Translations under genes and position numbers: made by a program | The notes under the pieces: model-generated | The model's input: only the letters and a program-made list of their open reading frames with translations | Database searches by the model: none | What the model was told of the DNA's origin: nothing | Assembly: GCA_951406725.2 (NCBI GenBank) | Contig: OX597831.1 | Location: 39,556,001-39,620,000 of the forward strand | DNA: 64,000 nt | Source of the DNA: Octopus vulgaris | Taxonomy: Eukaryota | Reading direction: 5' to 3' | Shown: in pieces, positions 1 through 15,264 of the stretch | Layout of the letters: every line of letters begins with the position of its first letter | How positions within the stretch are numbered: position 1 is the first letter of the stretch

Positions 1-164
1 CACACACAAACACACACACAAATGCACACACATACACAATTATAAAGGAAAATCGATCGAAGTTATGTGTAAGTAGAGTAAAGGAACTTGTCTAAATACC
101 TTTCTTACATGTGTGTATGAATATATATGTATTTATACATATATATATATATGTGTGTGTGTAA

Positions 165-209
<45 letters not shown>

Positions 210-263
210 AGATAGACAGACAGAGAGACAGAAAGATAGATGGATAGATAGATAGATAGATAC

Positions 264-308
<45 letters not shown>

Positions 309-325
309 AGATAGATAGATTGATG

Positions 326-393
<68 letters not shown>

Positions 394-401
394 TGAATAT
401 A

Positions 402-442
<41 letters not shown>

Positions 443-518
443 GTATATATATATGAATATATATACGTGTATATATATATATATATTATATATATATATA
501 TATATATTTGTATATATG

Positions 519-566
<48 letters not shown>
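1..566. repeat. Compound microsatellite (CA)n/(TA)n/(GATA)n
   Basis: Direct reading; produces the YIYI/IYLS pseudo-ORFs. Confidence 0.95.
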
Positions 567-569
<3 letters not shown>

Positions 570-1061
570 ATATATATCTCACTTCAGACCCCTTTACTTT
601 TCATGCATCTGTTAGTGTTGGTGTGTGTGTGTTTCTGTATGTGTGTGTCTGTGTGTGTGTGTCTGTGTGTCTCTGTATCTGAATGAGTGTGTTTCCAACC
701 TAATTTCACTGATCGTTATTTCATTAATGTATCCTATCAATCGATCTATCGATCTAATAAGTTTGATAACTATCTTAATTTTCACAGTCAAACATTGCTT
801 TCATCTTCATCTATCTGTCTTTATACCTCCTTTTATCTTTTATCTTTACATTTTGCTTTTTATGTTTGTTTTTTTCCCCTTTTTAGATTCTTTGCAAATT
901 AACCACAGTTGTTTTTTGTTGTTGTTTTTTTTTTGTTTGGGAGTTTTTCGGGTTTTTTCTTTTTCTCATTTCTCTTTTTAATCGCACTCCTTATTGTAAA
1001 TATAGAAGCGATTATCATTGTTATTGTTACTACTATTACTACTACTGCTGCTGTTACTGCT

Positions 1062-1400
1062 TCTTCTTCTTCTTCTTCTTCTTCTTCTTCTTCTTCTTCT
1101 TCTTCTTCTTCTTCTTCTTCTTCTTCCAATCAGGACTCACGCCATTAGCCACAAAGAATAATCTCTAATTCGAGCCTACTCTAAGCTACAAAGAGTGCGT
1201 GCGGTTACTTGAAGATCCACCCACCACACGCGATAGACTGGCGGGCGCGAAAGCTACGTTGTTATCTTCATTCCGTAAACGGTGGCTTTTAACGGGTGGA
1301 GAGCTGAACCATCCTGGGGTACAGAGGATTCGCAATCTAGACTAGGGTCTGAATGTTTTACCACACCATAGTGTGGTTACACCATGGTTCCTCTGCTTTG
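1062..1400 (-). mobile_element. Unclassified retroposon-like 3' end with (GAA)n tail
   Basis: About 270 bp of unique-looking, GC-richer sequence that runs on the minus strand into (GAA)n; no recognisable protein motif. Confidence 0.25.
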
Positions 1401-1404
1401 TGGC

Positions 1405-1594
1405 AGAAGTAGGAAGAAAGAGTGAGAGAAAGTTGTGGCGAAAGATTACAGCAGAGTTCACCACCCCGCCGGAGCCTCATGGAGCTTAGGTGTTTTTGCT
1501 CAATAAACACTCACAATGCCCGGTCTGGGAATCGAAAGCGCGTTCTTACGACCACGAGTCCGCTGCCCCAACCACTGGGCCATTGCGCTTCCAC
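1405..1594 (-). mobile_element. tRNA-derived SINE family B, 5' half
   Basis: Reverse complement of the head at 5043-5240. Confidence 0.85.
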
Positions 1595-1630
1595 TGTTGT
1601 GGTTGTCGTTGTTGATTTTGTTGCTATGGA

Positions 1631-2231
<601 letters not shown>

Positions 2232-2245
2232 TTATTTTTATTATT

Positions 2246-3803
2246 CATTGCCTTTGCACATGTTCTAATGCTGGAGATGTACTACAGTTGCCAGCTGCTC
2301 ACTACCAGTAAACTAAGGTAACATCCCTTATTTTTCGAGCACCATCCGGAGTATTCGAGCGGTTCCAAGCAGTGCTGTTTTCTGCAAGTGCTACATCCTT
2401 ATTGCAACCCATATTTGTTCCATGTACTTCTCAAGATTTTTACTCATTGTTCCCAGGGCTCCAACAATTATTGGTACAACAACCACCTTCTTCATCGACC
2501 ACAAATGCTTAACCTTTCAAGCTAACTTGTCATCGACTTTTCTTTCTTCCTTAAGCATGCCTTATTGTTAGCTGGGCATGCTATATATATGATCCAGTAT
2601 CGTTAGCTTTCTTTCTCAATCAATACTATGTCTGGCTTCCTATTCTCTATCTCATGGTTGCATTGAATCATAAAATCCCATAGGATCTTTGCTTTATCAT
2701 TTTCGATGTTCGTACTACTTTTTTGCTCTGTCAAGTTCATACTTGTTGCAAAGTGTCAAATGGACAATCCTTGCTATATTGTGATGACGTCTCTTTTACT
2801 CTTTCTGGGCTAGTGGCATTCATTGATTGGTAATATGTCATACGGTTTCACCGTTTTGTCAACAATTCTGCACATACCACTTTCTGATATGTTGTCTATT
2901 CCGTATTTGATTTCATTGGTTCTTAATGCTTAATCTTAGACAGCACAGATTAGAGCTTCCGTTTCTGGTTTTAAATCACTTTTAGTCATCCATAGCCATC
3001 TTTTTTCTCTATCTGTCTTATCTTCAACGTCCCTATGAAATTGTCCATGCATTCTTTTCTTTATCCACCTATTTTCAGCTACATTCATTCTCAAGTCCTT
3101 GTACAGTGCTTTATCTTTGCAATCTTCCATCCTACACAAGCCTGACCTTCTTACTTCCAATAAGAGCGGTTCTGTGGCATTTTTTTACATACCGTGCTAT
3201 ATTGGTTTCTTCTGTTCTAATGCTGTGTTCGCATCCAATCAGTCCTTTTCCCCCTCTTTTTCATGGTACATACAGTCACTTTTTGGGTGGAATATCCTAT
3301 ATATAGTCAGCAACTTCCTGTCTAAGCTGTTTAGTTCGTCTACTGTCCACGCGATTACTCCTGCTCAATATCTAAGGAGTGAAACCGCCCAGGTGTTGAT
3401 AGCTTCAATCGTATTCCGTCTGTTTAATTTCGACTTAAGGATCAGTCTCAATCTGTGCAAGTACTCCACCTAAAATTTTTCTGTCATTGCTTTCTCAATA
3501 AATTTATCCATTTCCAATATCCCCAGTTACTTATAACCCGTCTCTTCTATCTGCTTATAACTAGCTCGTCCATACATTTGATTTTGTCTCTCTTCAGGAC
3601 TAACACACCACAATTTTTCAGTCCGAACTCCATTCTGATATCAGCACTGAAAGTATACACCGTATCAATGAGGGAACTGACTTGGGATTCATCTTTATTA
3701 TAAAGTTTGTGGTCATCCATGAATAACAAGCTGTTGACTTTTTCTTGGCGGCTCTTGAGTACGTACCCAGCCTTTGCTTTCCTCAGAATCAGTGTTAGAG
3801 GTA
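2246..3803 (-). mobile_element. Decayed R4/Dong-like RLE non-LTR retrotransposon (RT C-terminal half, zinc knuckle, restriction-like endonuclease, 3' UTR)
   Basis: Frameshifted translations SLLFMDDHKLY, MEFGLKNC, MHGQF, LKPETEALICA, PDIVLIEK, VPIIVGALG, LQKTALLGTARILRMVLEK*. Confidence 0.88.
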
Positions 3804-3827
3804 TTATTTTTTCTATTATTATTATAT

Positions 3828-4272
3828 GTTTGACCTTTGCGTTGTAGTTGTACAAGTTGACCTCCATATCTCACCAAGAGACCTCAAGAGAAACAAGTTA
3901 GAGGTTCATGTTGGTGTCATATATTTGGTTTTGCGCATAGAATTGTTCAAGAGAATGTTTAATAAAACATAAGAAAATTATAAGTTTGTTTTAAAATTTG
4001 AGATTACCAAGACAGCATTTTACGTAGGATATGGGCAGTTCCCATGAACACTATCTTTTGAATTTCTGCCATTTGGGGGTTTACTGGTATCTGAGCTAGG
4101 TAGCAATCAGCCGCTTTTGCTATCATTCCTAGGGCACCTATCACAACAGGTATTGTTTTGGTCTTGAGGTTCCACATTTCTGTTTCAAGATTTTTATACT
4201 TGCTAAGTTTTTGGTAGGTCTTGATAGATACGTTTATATCGATTGGGACAGTCATATCAATGAGGAGGCATG
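3828..4272 (-). mobile_element. 3' fragment of a second R4-like RLE family (endonuclease end + 3' UTR)
   Basis: IDMTVP..KLSKYK..IPVVIGALG..IQKIVFMGTAHILRK; 3' UTR matches 39862-40030. Confidence 0.85.
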
Positions 4273-4344
4273 ATTATTATTATTATTATTATTATTATTA
4301 TCATCATCATCATCATCACCATCATCATCATCGTCATCATCATC

Positions 4345-4884
4345 CATATTGAGTGAGAGAGGAATGCATGCCATCCAGGTGACACCAGGGTACAAATACG
4401 CGAAGACCAATATGTCATCACGACTATCTAATAAGGGTACACCAGGCACATGCATCACAGCCATATGTGCGTGACAAGACATCAAGATAAACAGCGCATG
4501 ACCTTACAGTTGGGGCCCAGTTAGAATTTTCTTCAGATCGAATAGCTCATCCCGCTCAAAGATTCCTAAGTATATTGAAGGTAGCATCCATGTTTCCAGA
4601 GGTTAATTATCCAAACAACAAAGAATTCCAGAGATGAATTATCCAAATCTCAAAGAATTCACCACTACTTCTGCTCGTGATCAGAGATGAACATTTCGTC
4701 AGTCACAAGAGACATGCTCAGCTGGTTAAGCTCAAATAACTGACAAGCACACCTGTGGTATTGAGCAGAATATTTGCTGTAGCCCATCATTTATACCAAG
4801 ACAAAACAATGTACATGATAACACTTCTAGTTAGTTAAAATCAGAAGCCATGAGAGCCACTGCCTGGTACTGCATGAGGGCATA

Positions 4885-4885
<1 letters not shown>
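4345..4885 (-). mobile_element. Non-coding interspersed repeat family D (about 540 bp) in TAA repeats
   Basis: Homologous to 39403-39815 and 40048-40575; flanked by (AAT)n/(GAT)n. Confidence 0.8.
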
Positions 4886-4948
<63 letters not shown>

Positions 4949-4958
4949 CATCATTATA

Positions 4959-5042
<84 letters not shown>

Positions 5043-5431
5043 GTGGAGGCGCAATGGCCCAGTGGTTGGGGCAGCGGACTCGCGGTCATAGGATCGCGGT
5101 TTCGATTCCCAGACCGGGCGTTGTGAGTGTTTATTGAGCGAAAACACCTTAAAGCTCCACGTGGCTCCGGCAGGGGATGGTGGTGATCCCTGCTGTACTC
5201 TTTCACCACAACTTTCTCTCACTCTTACTTCCTGCTTCTGTTGTACCTGTATTTCAAGGGGCCGGCCTTGTCACTCTCTGTGTCACGCTGAATATCCCCG
5301 AGAACTACGTTAAGGGTACACGTGTCTGTGGAGTGCTCAGCCACTTACACGTTAATTTCACGAGCAGGCTGTTCCGTTGATTCGGATCAACCGGAACCCT
5401 CGTCGTCGTAACCTCCGGAGTGCTTCCATTC

Positions 5432-5433
<2 letters not shown>
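5043..5433 (+). mobile_element. Apparently full-length tRNA(Arg-like)-derived SINE family B
   Basis: A box TGGCCCAGTGG, B box GTTTCGATTCC, TTCCA-repeat tail; related copies at 1405, 14340, 29845, 49816. Confidence 0.88.
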
Positions 5434-5490
<57 letters not shown>

Positions 5491-5491
5491 C

Positions 5492-5528
<37 letters not shown>

Positions 5529-5802
5529 AATATTAGCATTATCATTATAATAATTATTATTACATTAACCATGCCCATCCACATAATCACTTTTATCATC
5601 ATCATCATCGTCATCATCATCGTCGTCGTTGTTGTCGCCGTCAACTCTAATCATATCTATATTATGTTTCTACTGAACTACAAAACGCAGCATTGTTGGA
5701 CCGTGATAGTTTTCCATCTGTTTGAGATTTTAATAATGTTTTCACAAGAACCATACATAATATGTGCTGGGACAGAAGTGTGCTAATGTGTGTGAAAAGA
5801 GA

Positions 5803-6110
5803 GGGTAAAGATCCCATCGGTCATGAATGACCATGGGATTGCGCCTAGAAAGTTACCCTCCGGAACACAAACCTGGGCAAGGTTGTTTATGTAAGAGCAG
5901 AAGTTGCCCATGCATATCAGCCTCCCCTCTCCGCGCCACCAACGTTATCTAAGGGAAAGAGAAAGGCTGATACAGCTTGGCACCACTGATGCTGCAACTT
6001 ATTTCTACAGCTGAGTGAACTGGAGCAACGTGAAATAAAGTGTCTTGCTCAAGAACACAACACGCAGCCCGGTCGGAGAATCGAACTTACTAGCTTTAAC
6101 CACTAAGCTA
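5803..6110 (-). mobile_element. tRNA-derived SINE family E with CORE-like central block
   Basis: Minus strand TAGCTTAGTGG...GTTCGATTC then GTGTTCTTGAGCAAGACACTTTATTTCACGTTGCTCC; block also present at about 14420-14470. Confidence 0.7.
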
Positions 6111-6151
6111 AGGCCCAAAAATGTTGTACTTTGTAGCTCAGGAGAAACATA

Positions 6152-7071
6152 TTGGCCCACCCCGTATTTATTGCGATTTTTTTAATTACACGAACTAACG
6201 GTCGGAGGGGGACGGGATAAACTACATGCATCAACTTGCTATAAAAGCAGGTGGTAAATTTACCTTGTCCTTATTCTTAGCGCAAGTTTTGAAGAGTGCA
6301 GTTCGATTTTAACAGTTATTATTTCAAAGCTGTAATGGAAGGGCAAAGAAGCATAATCGGCATATTTTACTTTATGGATTCAATATAAGCAACAACGCAA
6401 CGGAAAGTGCATGGAGTATTAATGCAGTAAATGGGCATCGGACAATAATCGTAGGCCAGTGTCAACGGTCGTTTCAGAAATTCCGAGCCGGAAACTACAG
6501 CCTAGAAGACGAACCTCATTTTGGGAGATCTGCAGAGCTCAATGAGGACGTCCTGCAAACCCTGGTGAAACAAAATCCCATCGTAACTGTTGAGGAACTG
6601 GCAGAGAAGCTTGGATTTGGTCATTCAACCAGTCATTGAAGTCAGCGCTAGAAGGAAAATGACCATCTTTGGTTTCAAGACGAAAGGTGTTCTTCCATCA
6701 ATATAGTGCTCAGCCACATACAGCCAGGATGACATTCCAAAGGCTGGAGCATCTTGAAAGGAAAACGATGCCCCACCCATCATATTCGCCGGACACTGCC
6801 CATTTGATTATCATTTATTCCACAGTCTTCAAAATCGTTTGGACGGAAAAAATATAAATTCTGTAGTTGAGGTCAGAACAGTGTTGGAGGAGCAATTTTC
6901 GTCACGGAGAAATGAATTTTGGAAGAGGGGCCTTGCTAGTCTACCAGATAGATGGAAGAGCATTGTAGAAAATGAAGGAGAGTATATTTTAGATTAAAAA
7001 AGAAGTTTGTTATCTTAATTTTGAAAAATGAAAGATGTATAAAAAACCGCATTATTTATGGGATAACTCAA
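6152..7071 (+). mobile_element. Internally deleted mariner transposon, copy 1
   Basis: Imperfect ~28-bp TIRs with TA flanks; N-terminal HTH remnants (FQKFRAGNYSLED) and HPSYSPD / ENEGEY motifs; the central transposase segment is missing. Confidence 0.9.
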
Positions 7072-7099
7072 TATAAATAAGACTGGGGTTGACGACAAT

Positions 7100-7865
<766 letters not shown>

Positions 7866-8319
7866 CTTTTCTACTAAAGGCACAACGCCTGAAATTTGGA
7901 GGGAAGGGATTATACGCACACAAACATGTGTGTGTACATATGTATATCTATATTTTAGGTACGTACGTATGCACGTGCGTATCTGTGCATATACGTATGC
8001 TTCTAGTGGAGGAGCCATTATTCAGAAGTTTCAGGATTTTGAAGAATGTGTGACTCCCTCATAAACAACTCTAGTCTTAATTTCAACCGAATTAGCAGAC
8101 TTGCAATCTCTGACTCACTGACTCACTGACCGGCTTTTGTGGTTTCTTGCTCTCATTGTGGTCAATAAAAGCTAGTCGGTCGTCACTTAACTGATCCGCT
8201 ACCGTTTCCTCCTAGTCTGTACTTTTCATCAGGTTTTATTCAGAGCATTGTCGATAACAAACAATACCTCGATTTCATTTCCTCAACGTTTGCAGCAAAC
8301 CGGACGTCCCCACACTCCC

Positions 8320-8730
8320 ACTTCTTCCTCTTCCTTCTCCCCTTCATCGTCATCAGCAGCAGCAGCATCTTTTTCTTATTTTTCATCATCATCATCATCA
8401 TCATCATCGTCGTCATCATCTTCTTCCACTTCTTCCACTTCTTCCATTTCTTCTTATCCTTCTTCTTCCTCTTCTTCTTCCTCTTCCTCCTCTTCTTCTT
8501 CTTCCCCTTCTTCTTCTTCTTCTTCTTCTTCTTCTTCTTCATCGTCGTCGTCGTCATCGCCATCATCATAATTTCTTCTTCCTTTTTCTCTGCTTTCCTT
8601 TTCTTTTTCCCTTTCTTATTATTACCATTATTAACATCATTATTTTCCTTTATCCTCCTCCTCCTTCTCATCATCATCATCACCTTCCTTCTTCTTCTTC
8701 TTCTTCTTCTTCTTCTTCTTCTTCTTCTCC
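8320..8730. repeat. (CTT)/(CAT)/(CCT) low-complexity tract
   Basis: Direct reading. Confidence 0.9.
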
Positions 8731-9744
8731 ATTTCTTCATATTCTGCCGTTAAACTTTTCTTCATCTTTGCATTTTTCTCTAATTTTCTTCAGACTTTAA
8801 TTCTTCTAATAAATTCTTCCATTTCTTTAATACTCCTGCTTTTGGTCCTGCCAAGTCTTCGAATTATTCTTCTAAGTTTTTTTCAGTAATTCTTTCTTTT
8901 GTTTTTGCTTCTGCTATTCCTACATTTTTTTTTTCCTCCTTGACTACTTCTTCTTATTGGAGTCCGCTTCATTCTGTAATTCTACAGAAAAACCGAAAGA
9001 AGAAATGGCTAGCTATTACAACTGAAGAAATAAAAAATGACTCTCCATAGAACAGCGAATGTTGTCTTTTCTTTTGCAGGCGGACCATAATTTGTATGAC
9101 GTGTGATCTCGTTCTCGTTCCAGAAGCTTCATTAACAGTCACTTCACAATCCCGTTTTTTTTTTTTTTTCTTTTGTATAATCTGATGGAATAGAAATAAA
9201 GAAAGGATATGAGAGACATAAGCCTCCGGATTTTTCGTCAAGATCCACATTATTAAAAATACGGTTTAACAAAATGTGACGAAGAAAGAAATTTCTCAGA
9301 AATTTCTCTCTCTCTCTCCCTTGCTTTATTTTTTTCCACCATTTGTTTTTTTCTTGTTTTCCTTCGATATTTTGGCAAAGATTCGATTTTTCCATGAATC
9401 GCTTTACGTTGCTGATTAAATAAAACCAATTGTATTCACTGACATTTTTGCTATTCATGAGAAATGTCCCACGATCATGTTACGCTGTATTCCCCAGTGA
9501 ATTTGTCAACTTTTTATTAAATACGGAGTCATATGACGAGGCAATATTACATTATGTAAACATTAAATTTGAGATTTAAACAAATATCCAAAAAAAGAAG
9601 CTTTTTTTATTTTCCTAAACTTCATCTGTTGCGCTGTTTTTAAAAATTGCGGTGGGGGCGGTGGAATGTTTGGAAATTATGTTCGTCCATTGGTGATCGA
9701 TAAGGACTATAATTTCGATTTCTGCGGCTCCTCAATAGGGGACG

Positions 9745-10348
9745 CAGCTACGGAGAGGCCTGAAGAATTGTATTTCTACTTTCCAATTCCTGATGGCGAT
9801 ACATGATAGCGGAGAAAGAACGAGAGGGTTTGGGTGGAGGTCCACCACAAGACCGAATCCTTGTTGATGTGTGGTGATTTATGTGCTTCACTGACATTGA
9901 CAGCTGTGCCAGTTGAACGCAAGCTCCTGGTAGGACCTTCCATATTAGCCATATCAAAGCATGGGGATCAAACAATTACATCACCTCTTCCCAGGGGTAA
10001 AAATTGGTTAGTGTAAGGTCAACACCTCTGCCTAGAAAAAGGCAAAGTTGCAGGAGCATCGGTTACAGGTCGAAACCAACAAGACTTGAGACAAGGTCTT
10101 CTCTCGGGAAAAAAAGTGGGTGCGGTGCAGCAAAATCTGAAAGGAAGCTGCAAGATCGAATCCTCTTCTGGCCAGCAGGAGAAACACCTAAATTGCAAAA
10201 TGGCTGTGTTAGGTTTTGCCCTGGAACCAACAATGGAGAGGGAGGAGAAGACACCCTAAATATTGCAAGAGGTAAGGTATTGAGGCACAGCTGGAAATGC
10301 AAGGATCAAACTGAAGAGAAGCGGAAAAGACGACCCAGAGTCGAGAAC
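9745..10348 (-). mobile_element. Possible highly decayed LINE ORF2 C-terminus (L1/Tx1-like)
   Basis: GC-richer segment with fragments CFSCWPEEDSI and WLIWK, reminiscent of the zf-RVT region; frames disrupted. Confidence 0.3.
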
Positions 10349-10820
10349 CAGTTGTGACCGAATAGGTAGAGAGAGATGACAGTGAATTTGTGAGCCAGAA
10401 ATTGGAGTGTTGCTGGTTGCATTTTTCGGTTTAACATTTTGCAGTGCCTCAATAGGGAGCGGAGGGCTTAAGGAAGTAAGTCTGGATGAAGATGGCATGC
10501 AATTAGTCAGTACAAAGGATATAAAGCAATTGCAGTTGTGACCGAATAGGTAGAGAGAGATGACAGTGAATTTGTGAGCCAGAAGTTGGAGTGTTGCTTG
10601 TTACATTTTTCGGTTTAACATTTTACAGTGCCTCAATAGGGAGCGGAGGGCTTAAGGAAGTAAGTCTGGATGAAGATGGCATGCAACTAGTTAGTTCAAA
10701 GGAGACGAGGCAATTGCAGTTGTGACCGAATAGGTAGAGAGAGATGCGACAGTGAATTTGTGCGCCAGAAGTTGGAGTGTTGTTGGTTGTACTTTCGGTC
10801 TAACATTTTACAGTCCTCAC
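10349..10820. repeat. 184-bp tandem repeat, about 2.6 copies
   Basis: CAGTTGTGACCGAATAGGTAGAGAGAGATG starts at 10349, 10533 and 10717. Confidence 0.93.
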
Positions 10821-11579
10821 AGGAAAAAAATAGGCAACGATATTGTAGCATGCAATTACAAAACGCTTTATTCAAACATAGATACTTATTCGACCATATA
10901 AAAATATACCAAAGAACTATAATTAGCTATGTTGATAGCATGTCGAATAGAGATATAGATGGTTCGAATCCTAACACTGGACTACTGTTACAATAGACGG
11001 TCCTTCACTTTTCTGTAGATACATGCCATAATTCTTTGAATTCTTTGAATTCCTGATCTTGGTTTAGCCAGTTCTTCGAATTATTCTTCTAGCTCCTTTC
11101 AATAATTCCTTTTCTTTTTCTTTTCCTCCTTCTCCTCCTCTTTCCTCCTTGTTGTGGGTGGCTTATGTAAACTGCAATAAGCGACCAATTGGCAGAGTCA
11201 TTATAGCGTTGGATAGATTTCTTTTCAGTAATCGATTCAGCTCCCTGCACTTCGAGTTCAAATCCTACTATGATCAGCTTCGTTTTTTTAATCTTTTTGG
11301 AGTCCTTAAATAAAGTACCAGTCCTGTAGTAGGATCGAGTCATCTCTTTCACTCATTCTCTTTTTGCTCTTTTTTTTTTTATCTATCTGTCATGTCATTT
11401 TCTCTTCCGGAAGAAATGGGCTGTGGTCATCGGACCTGTCGGACCTGGAGAGAGATGTGCTCCGCTTGGTCTAAGAATGCTCAACACACAGGATAAAAGG
11501 CAAAGTCAACCTCGGCGGAACTAACATGCAAACAGCAGGAAGAAATGCTGCTGAACATTTTGTCCGACGCGCTAAGCAG

Positions 11580-11788
11580 CGATGATGATGATGATGATGG
11601 TGGTGGTGGTAATGGTGGTGGTGTGAGCGTCGGCGGTGGTGGTAGTCGTCGTCATTGAGGATGATGATGATGATGATGATGACGATGATGATTATGAGAC
11701 TGACGACTACAACGACGAAGACGAAGACAACGACGACGAAGACGAAGACAACGACGACGAAGACGAAGACAACGACGACGAAGACGAA

Positions 11789-11850
<62 letters not shown>
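11580..11850. repeat. (GAT)/(GGT)/(GAC) tract with a 21-bp higher-order unit
   Basis: ACAACGACGACGAAGACGAAG-type units repeated; direct reading. Confidence 0.9.
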
Positions 11851-11851
<1 letters not shown>

Positions 11852-12241
11852 AATAAGAAAAGAAAGGCTGCAAAGACAAAACTGAAGACAAAAACAAAAA
11901 CAAAAGCTATGTGGAAATTCGAGAGAAAGTAAGCAAAAAGCAATTTTAAAAAAACAAAAAAATTGCGAGGAAAATTGGGGAAACAAAAAAAGAAACAAAA
12001 TTTGGAATACATTGATTTAATGGAAGAACCAAGAAAACAGCTGGTAGGTCAACTGATTCGTCTAGTTTATAATTGGAGAGAGAGAGAGACCATTGCTAGT
12101 GTGTGTGTTTGTGGGGGGGGGGCGTATGTGTATGTGTATGTATACATATATGCATATATGTGTGTGTTTGAAATTTATATTTCTTTTATACACATACACA
12201 CACACACATATACTTGGAAATGGATGCGTAGCGTTCAGTCA

Positions 12242-12670
<429 letters not shown>

Positions 12671-13048
12671 TAGAATCGATAGAGAGTCGGACGAAGATGT
12701 CTTGCGGTATTTCCTCCGGTGCTTCATGTTCTGATTTCAAAATTACGCCGAGATCGAACATGTCTTTTATTTTCCTGAGATCGATAAAATAAATTAAACA
12801 CCAATCAATTATCGGCATCTTGTGTTATCGATGAAAGATCCTAATATCTCTTTCGCTAAAATCTCTGGCCTTGTGTTTAAACAAGAAAAGATTACATGCG
12901 CGTTGTGTTGGGTGTGTCGTTAAATCATCGGGAGGAAATAATTGCTTTAAGGCACTTCTTCCGGCTTTTTACGATGCGAGTTCGTATCCTACAGAGGCCA
13001 TGTTTTGCCTTTCATTTTTCCGGGGTGGATTTTCGAAATTGAAATATT

Positions 13049-13277
13049 GGTGGCGAGCTGGCAGAATCGTTAGCACGCCGGACGAAATGCTTACCAGTAT
13101 TTCGCCCGCCGCTACGTTCTGAGTTCAAATTCTGCCGAGGTCGACTTTGCCTTTCATCCTTTCGGGGTCGATTTAATAAGTACCATTTACGCACTGGGGT
13201 TGATGTAATCGACTTAATCCGTTTGTCTGTCTTTGTTTGTCCCATCTGTTTATTCCCTTGTGGGCAATAAAGAAATA
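13049..13277 (+). mobile_element. Full-length SINE family A
   Basis: Head GGTGGCGAGCTGGCAGAATCG through tail TGTGGGCAATAAAGAAATA. Confidence 0.9.
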
Positions 13278-13290
13278 AGAAATTAAAGTG

Positions 13291-14185
13291 TTGGGTCATT
13301 ACATAGATAATGCGTTTTTTTCCAATTGCATGAACTAAAAGTCGGAGGAGGACGGGATAAATTACCTGCATCAACTTGCTATAAAAACAGGTGGTAAATT
13401 TACCTTGTCCTTATTCTTCGTGCAAGTTTTGAAGAGTGCAGTTCGATTTTAACAGTTACTTTTTCAAAGCTATAATGGAAGTAGCAAAGGAATATATTCT
13501 GCTATATGGATTCATTAAAGGCAACAACGCAACGGAAAGTGCGAGGAATATTAATGCGGTACATGGCGATCAGTGTCAACGTTTATTCCAGAAATTCCGA
13601 GCCGGAAACTACAGCCTAGAAACGAACCTCGTTTTGGGAGATCTGCAAAGCTCAATGAGGACGTCCTGCAAACCCTGGTGGAACAAAATCCCATAGTAAC
13701 TCTTGAGGAACTAGCAGAGAAGCTTGGATTTGGTCATTCAACCAGTCATTGAAGTCAGCGCTAGAAGGAAAACGACCATCTTTGGTTTCAAGACGAAAGG
13801 TGTTCTTCCGTCAGGATAATGCTCAGCCACATACAGCCAGGAAGACATTCCAAAGGCTGGAGCACTTTGAAAGGAAAACGATGCCCCACCCATCATATTC
13901 GCCGGACACTGCCCATTTGATTATCATTTACTCAGCAGTCTTCAAAATCATTTGGACGGAAAACATATGCATTCTGTAGTTGAGGTCAGAACAGTGCTGG
14001 AGGAGTAATTTTCGTCACGGACAAGTGAATTTTGAAAGAGAAGCCTTGCAAGTCTACCAGAGATAGATGGAAGAGCATTGTAGAAAATGAAGGAGAGTAC
14101 ATTTTAGATTAAAAAAGAACTTTATTTTAATTTTGAAGAATAAAAGATGTATAAAAAAAACCGCATTATTTATGGGATTAACTAA
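13291..14185 (+). mobile_element. Internally deleted mariner transposon, copy 2
   Basis: Colinear with 6152-7071; QDNAQPH and HPSYSPD motifs; TIRs; same deletion junction. Confidence 0.9.
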
Positions 14186-14339
14186 TACTTGTCAAATGCT
14201 GAAGTATCGGAAACTGACTAAACTTCTCCTGCTACTTACAAAATGTTGTTTTGTAAGTAGACAAATTACAGAAAGTAGCAAGCTGGGAGAATCTTTCGAA
14301 CACCGGTGAAAAACCTTTGCGTTATTAATTTCAGCTCTG

Positions 14340-14655
14340 TGAAGACGCGTGGCTTACTGGTTAGGGTATTCAGTTGGCGATCGTAAGGTCATCAGTTCAA
14401 TTCCTGGCGCTTCGTCGTTTCCTTGGACAAGATATTTTATTTCATGTTGCTCCTTTCCACTCAGCTGGCAAAAATGAGTAGTACCTGTAATTCAAGAGGC
14501 CAGCCATGTCACATTGTATCACGCCGAATCTCCATGAGAACTACGTTGAGAGTACACTTATCTGTGGAGTACTCAACCACTTGCGAGCTAATTTCACGAG
14601 CAGGCTGTTCCGTTGATCGGATCAACTGGAACACTCGTCGTCGTAACCGACAGAA
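14340..14655 (+). mobile_element. Chimeric SINE: family E-type head/core with family B 3' part
   Basis: CTTGGACAAGATATTTTATTTCATGTTGCTC followed by GTACCTGTAATTCAAG...CTCGTCGTCGTAACC. Confidence 0.7.
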
Positions 14656-15036
14656 AGCCAGGTCCAACTCTATATGTTCTAAGCTCAAATCCCACCAAAG
14701 TCAGTTTTGATTTTCAGTCCATCTTGGGCCTACAAAATAATGCACCACCTATGTACTGTCTTCAGTAGCTGAAGACCCCAGCTTCACTAAAGTAAACAGT
14801 TTGCATATACTTTACTAAAGCCAGGGATCAATGGTATTAGCTAAAACCTCTCCCCTTAAAAATTTCTAGTCTTGTCCTTGAAGATAAAGAGGTAGCTGGT
14901 TTAATAGTGAGAGCGTTGGAAGAAATGCTTTGTGTTAGTCCGGCTTTTCTATATGCTGAGTTCAAATTCCCACAACGTCAACATCTTATTCCATCTCACC
15001 CACCTATGCCGATGCAATAAAGTACCAGTAAAATAT

Positions 15037-15264
15037 TTATTTCTTTACTACCCACAAGGGACTAAACACAGAGGACAAACAAGGACAGAAACACGGATTA
15101 AGTCGATTACATCGACCCCAGTGCATAACTGGTACTTAATTTATCGACCCCGAAAGGATGAAAGGCAAAGTCGACCTCGGTGGAATTTGAACTCCAGAAC
15201 TCAGCGGCGGACGAAATACCGCTTAGCATTTCGCCCGGCGTGCTAACGTTTCTGCCAGCTCGCA
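15037..15264 (-). mobile_element. SINE family A nested in an older family A copy
   Basis: Flanked by the duplication CCAGTAAAATA at about 15025 and 15266. Confidence 0.88.

Noticed and set aside
5043-5120. tRNA genes at SINE heads (also 49816, 50836)
   Set aside because: No proper acceptor stem, and each runs into a repeated SINE body
9060-9150. Splice-acceptor-like TTCTTTTGCAG as a host exon (similar sites near 33650 minus and 33738 plus)
   Set aside because: No matching donor or recognisable coding signal
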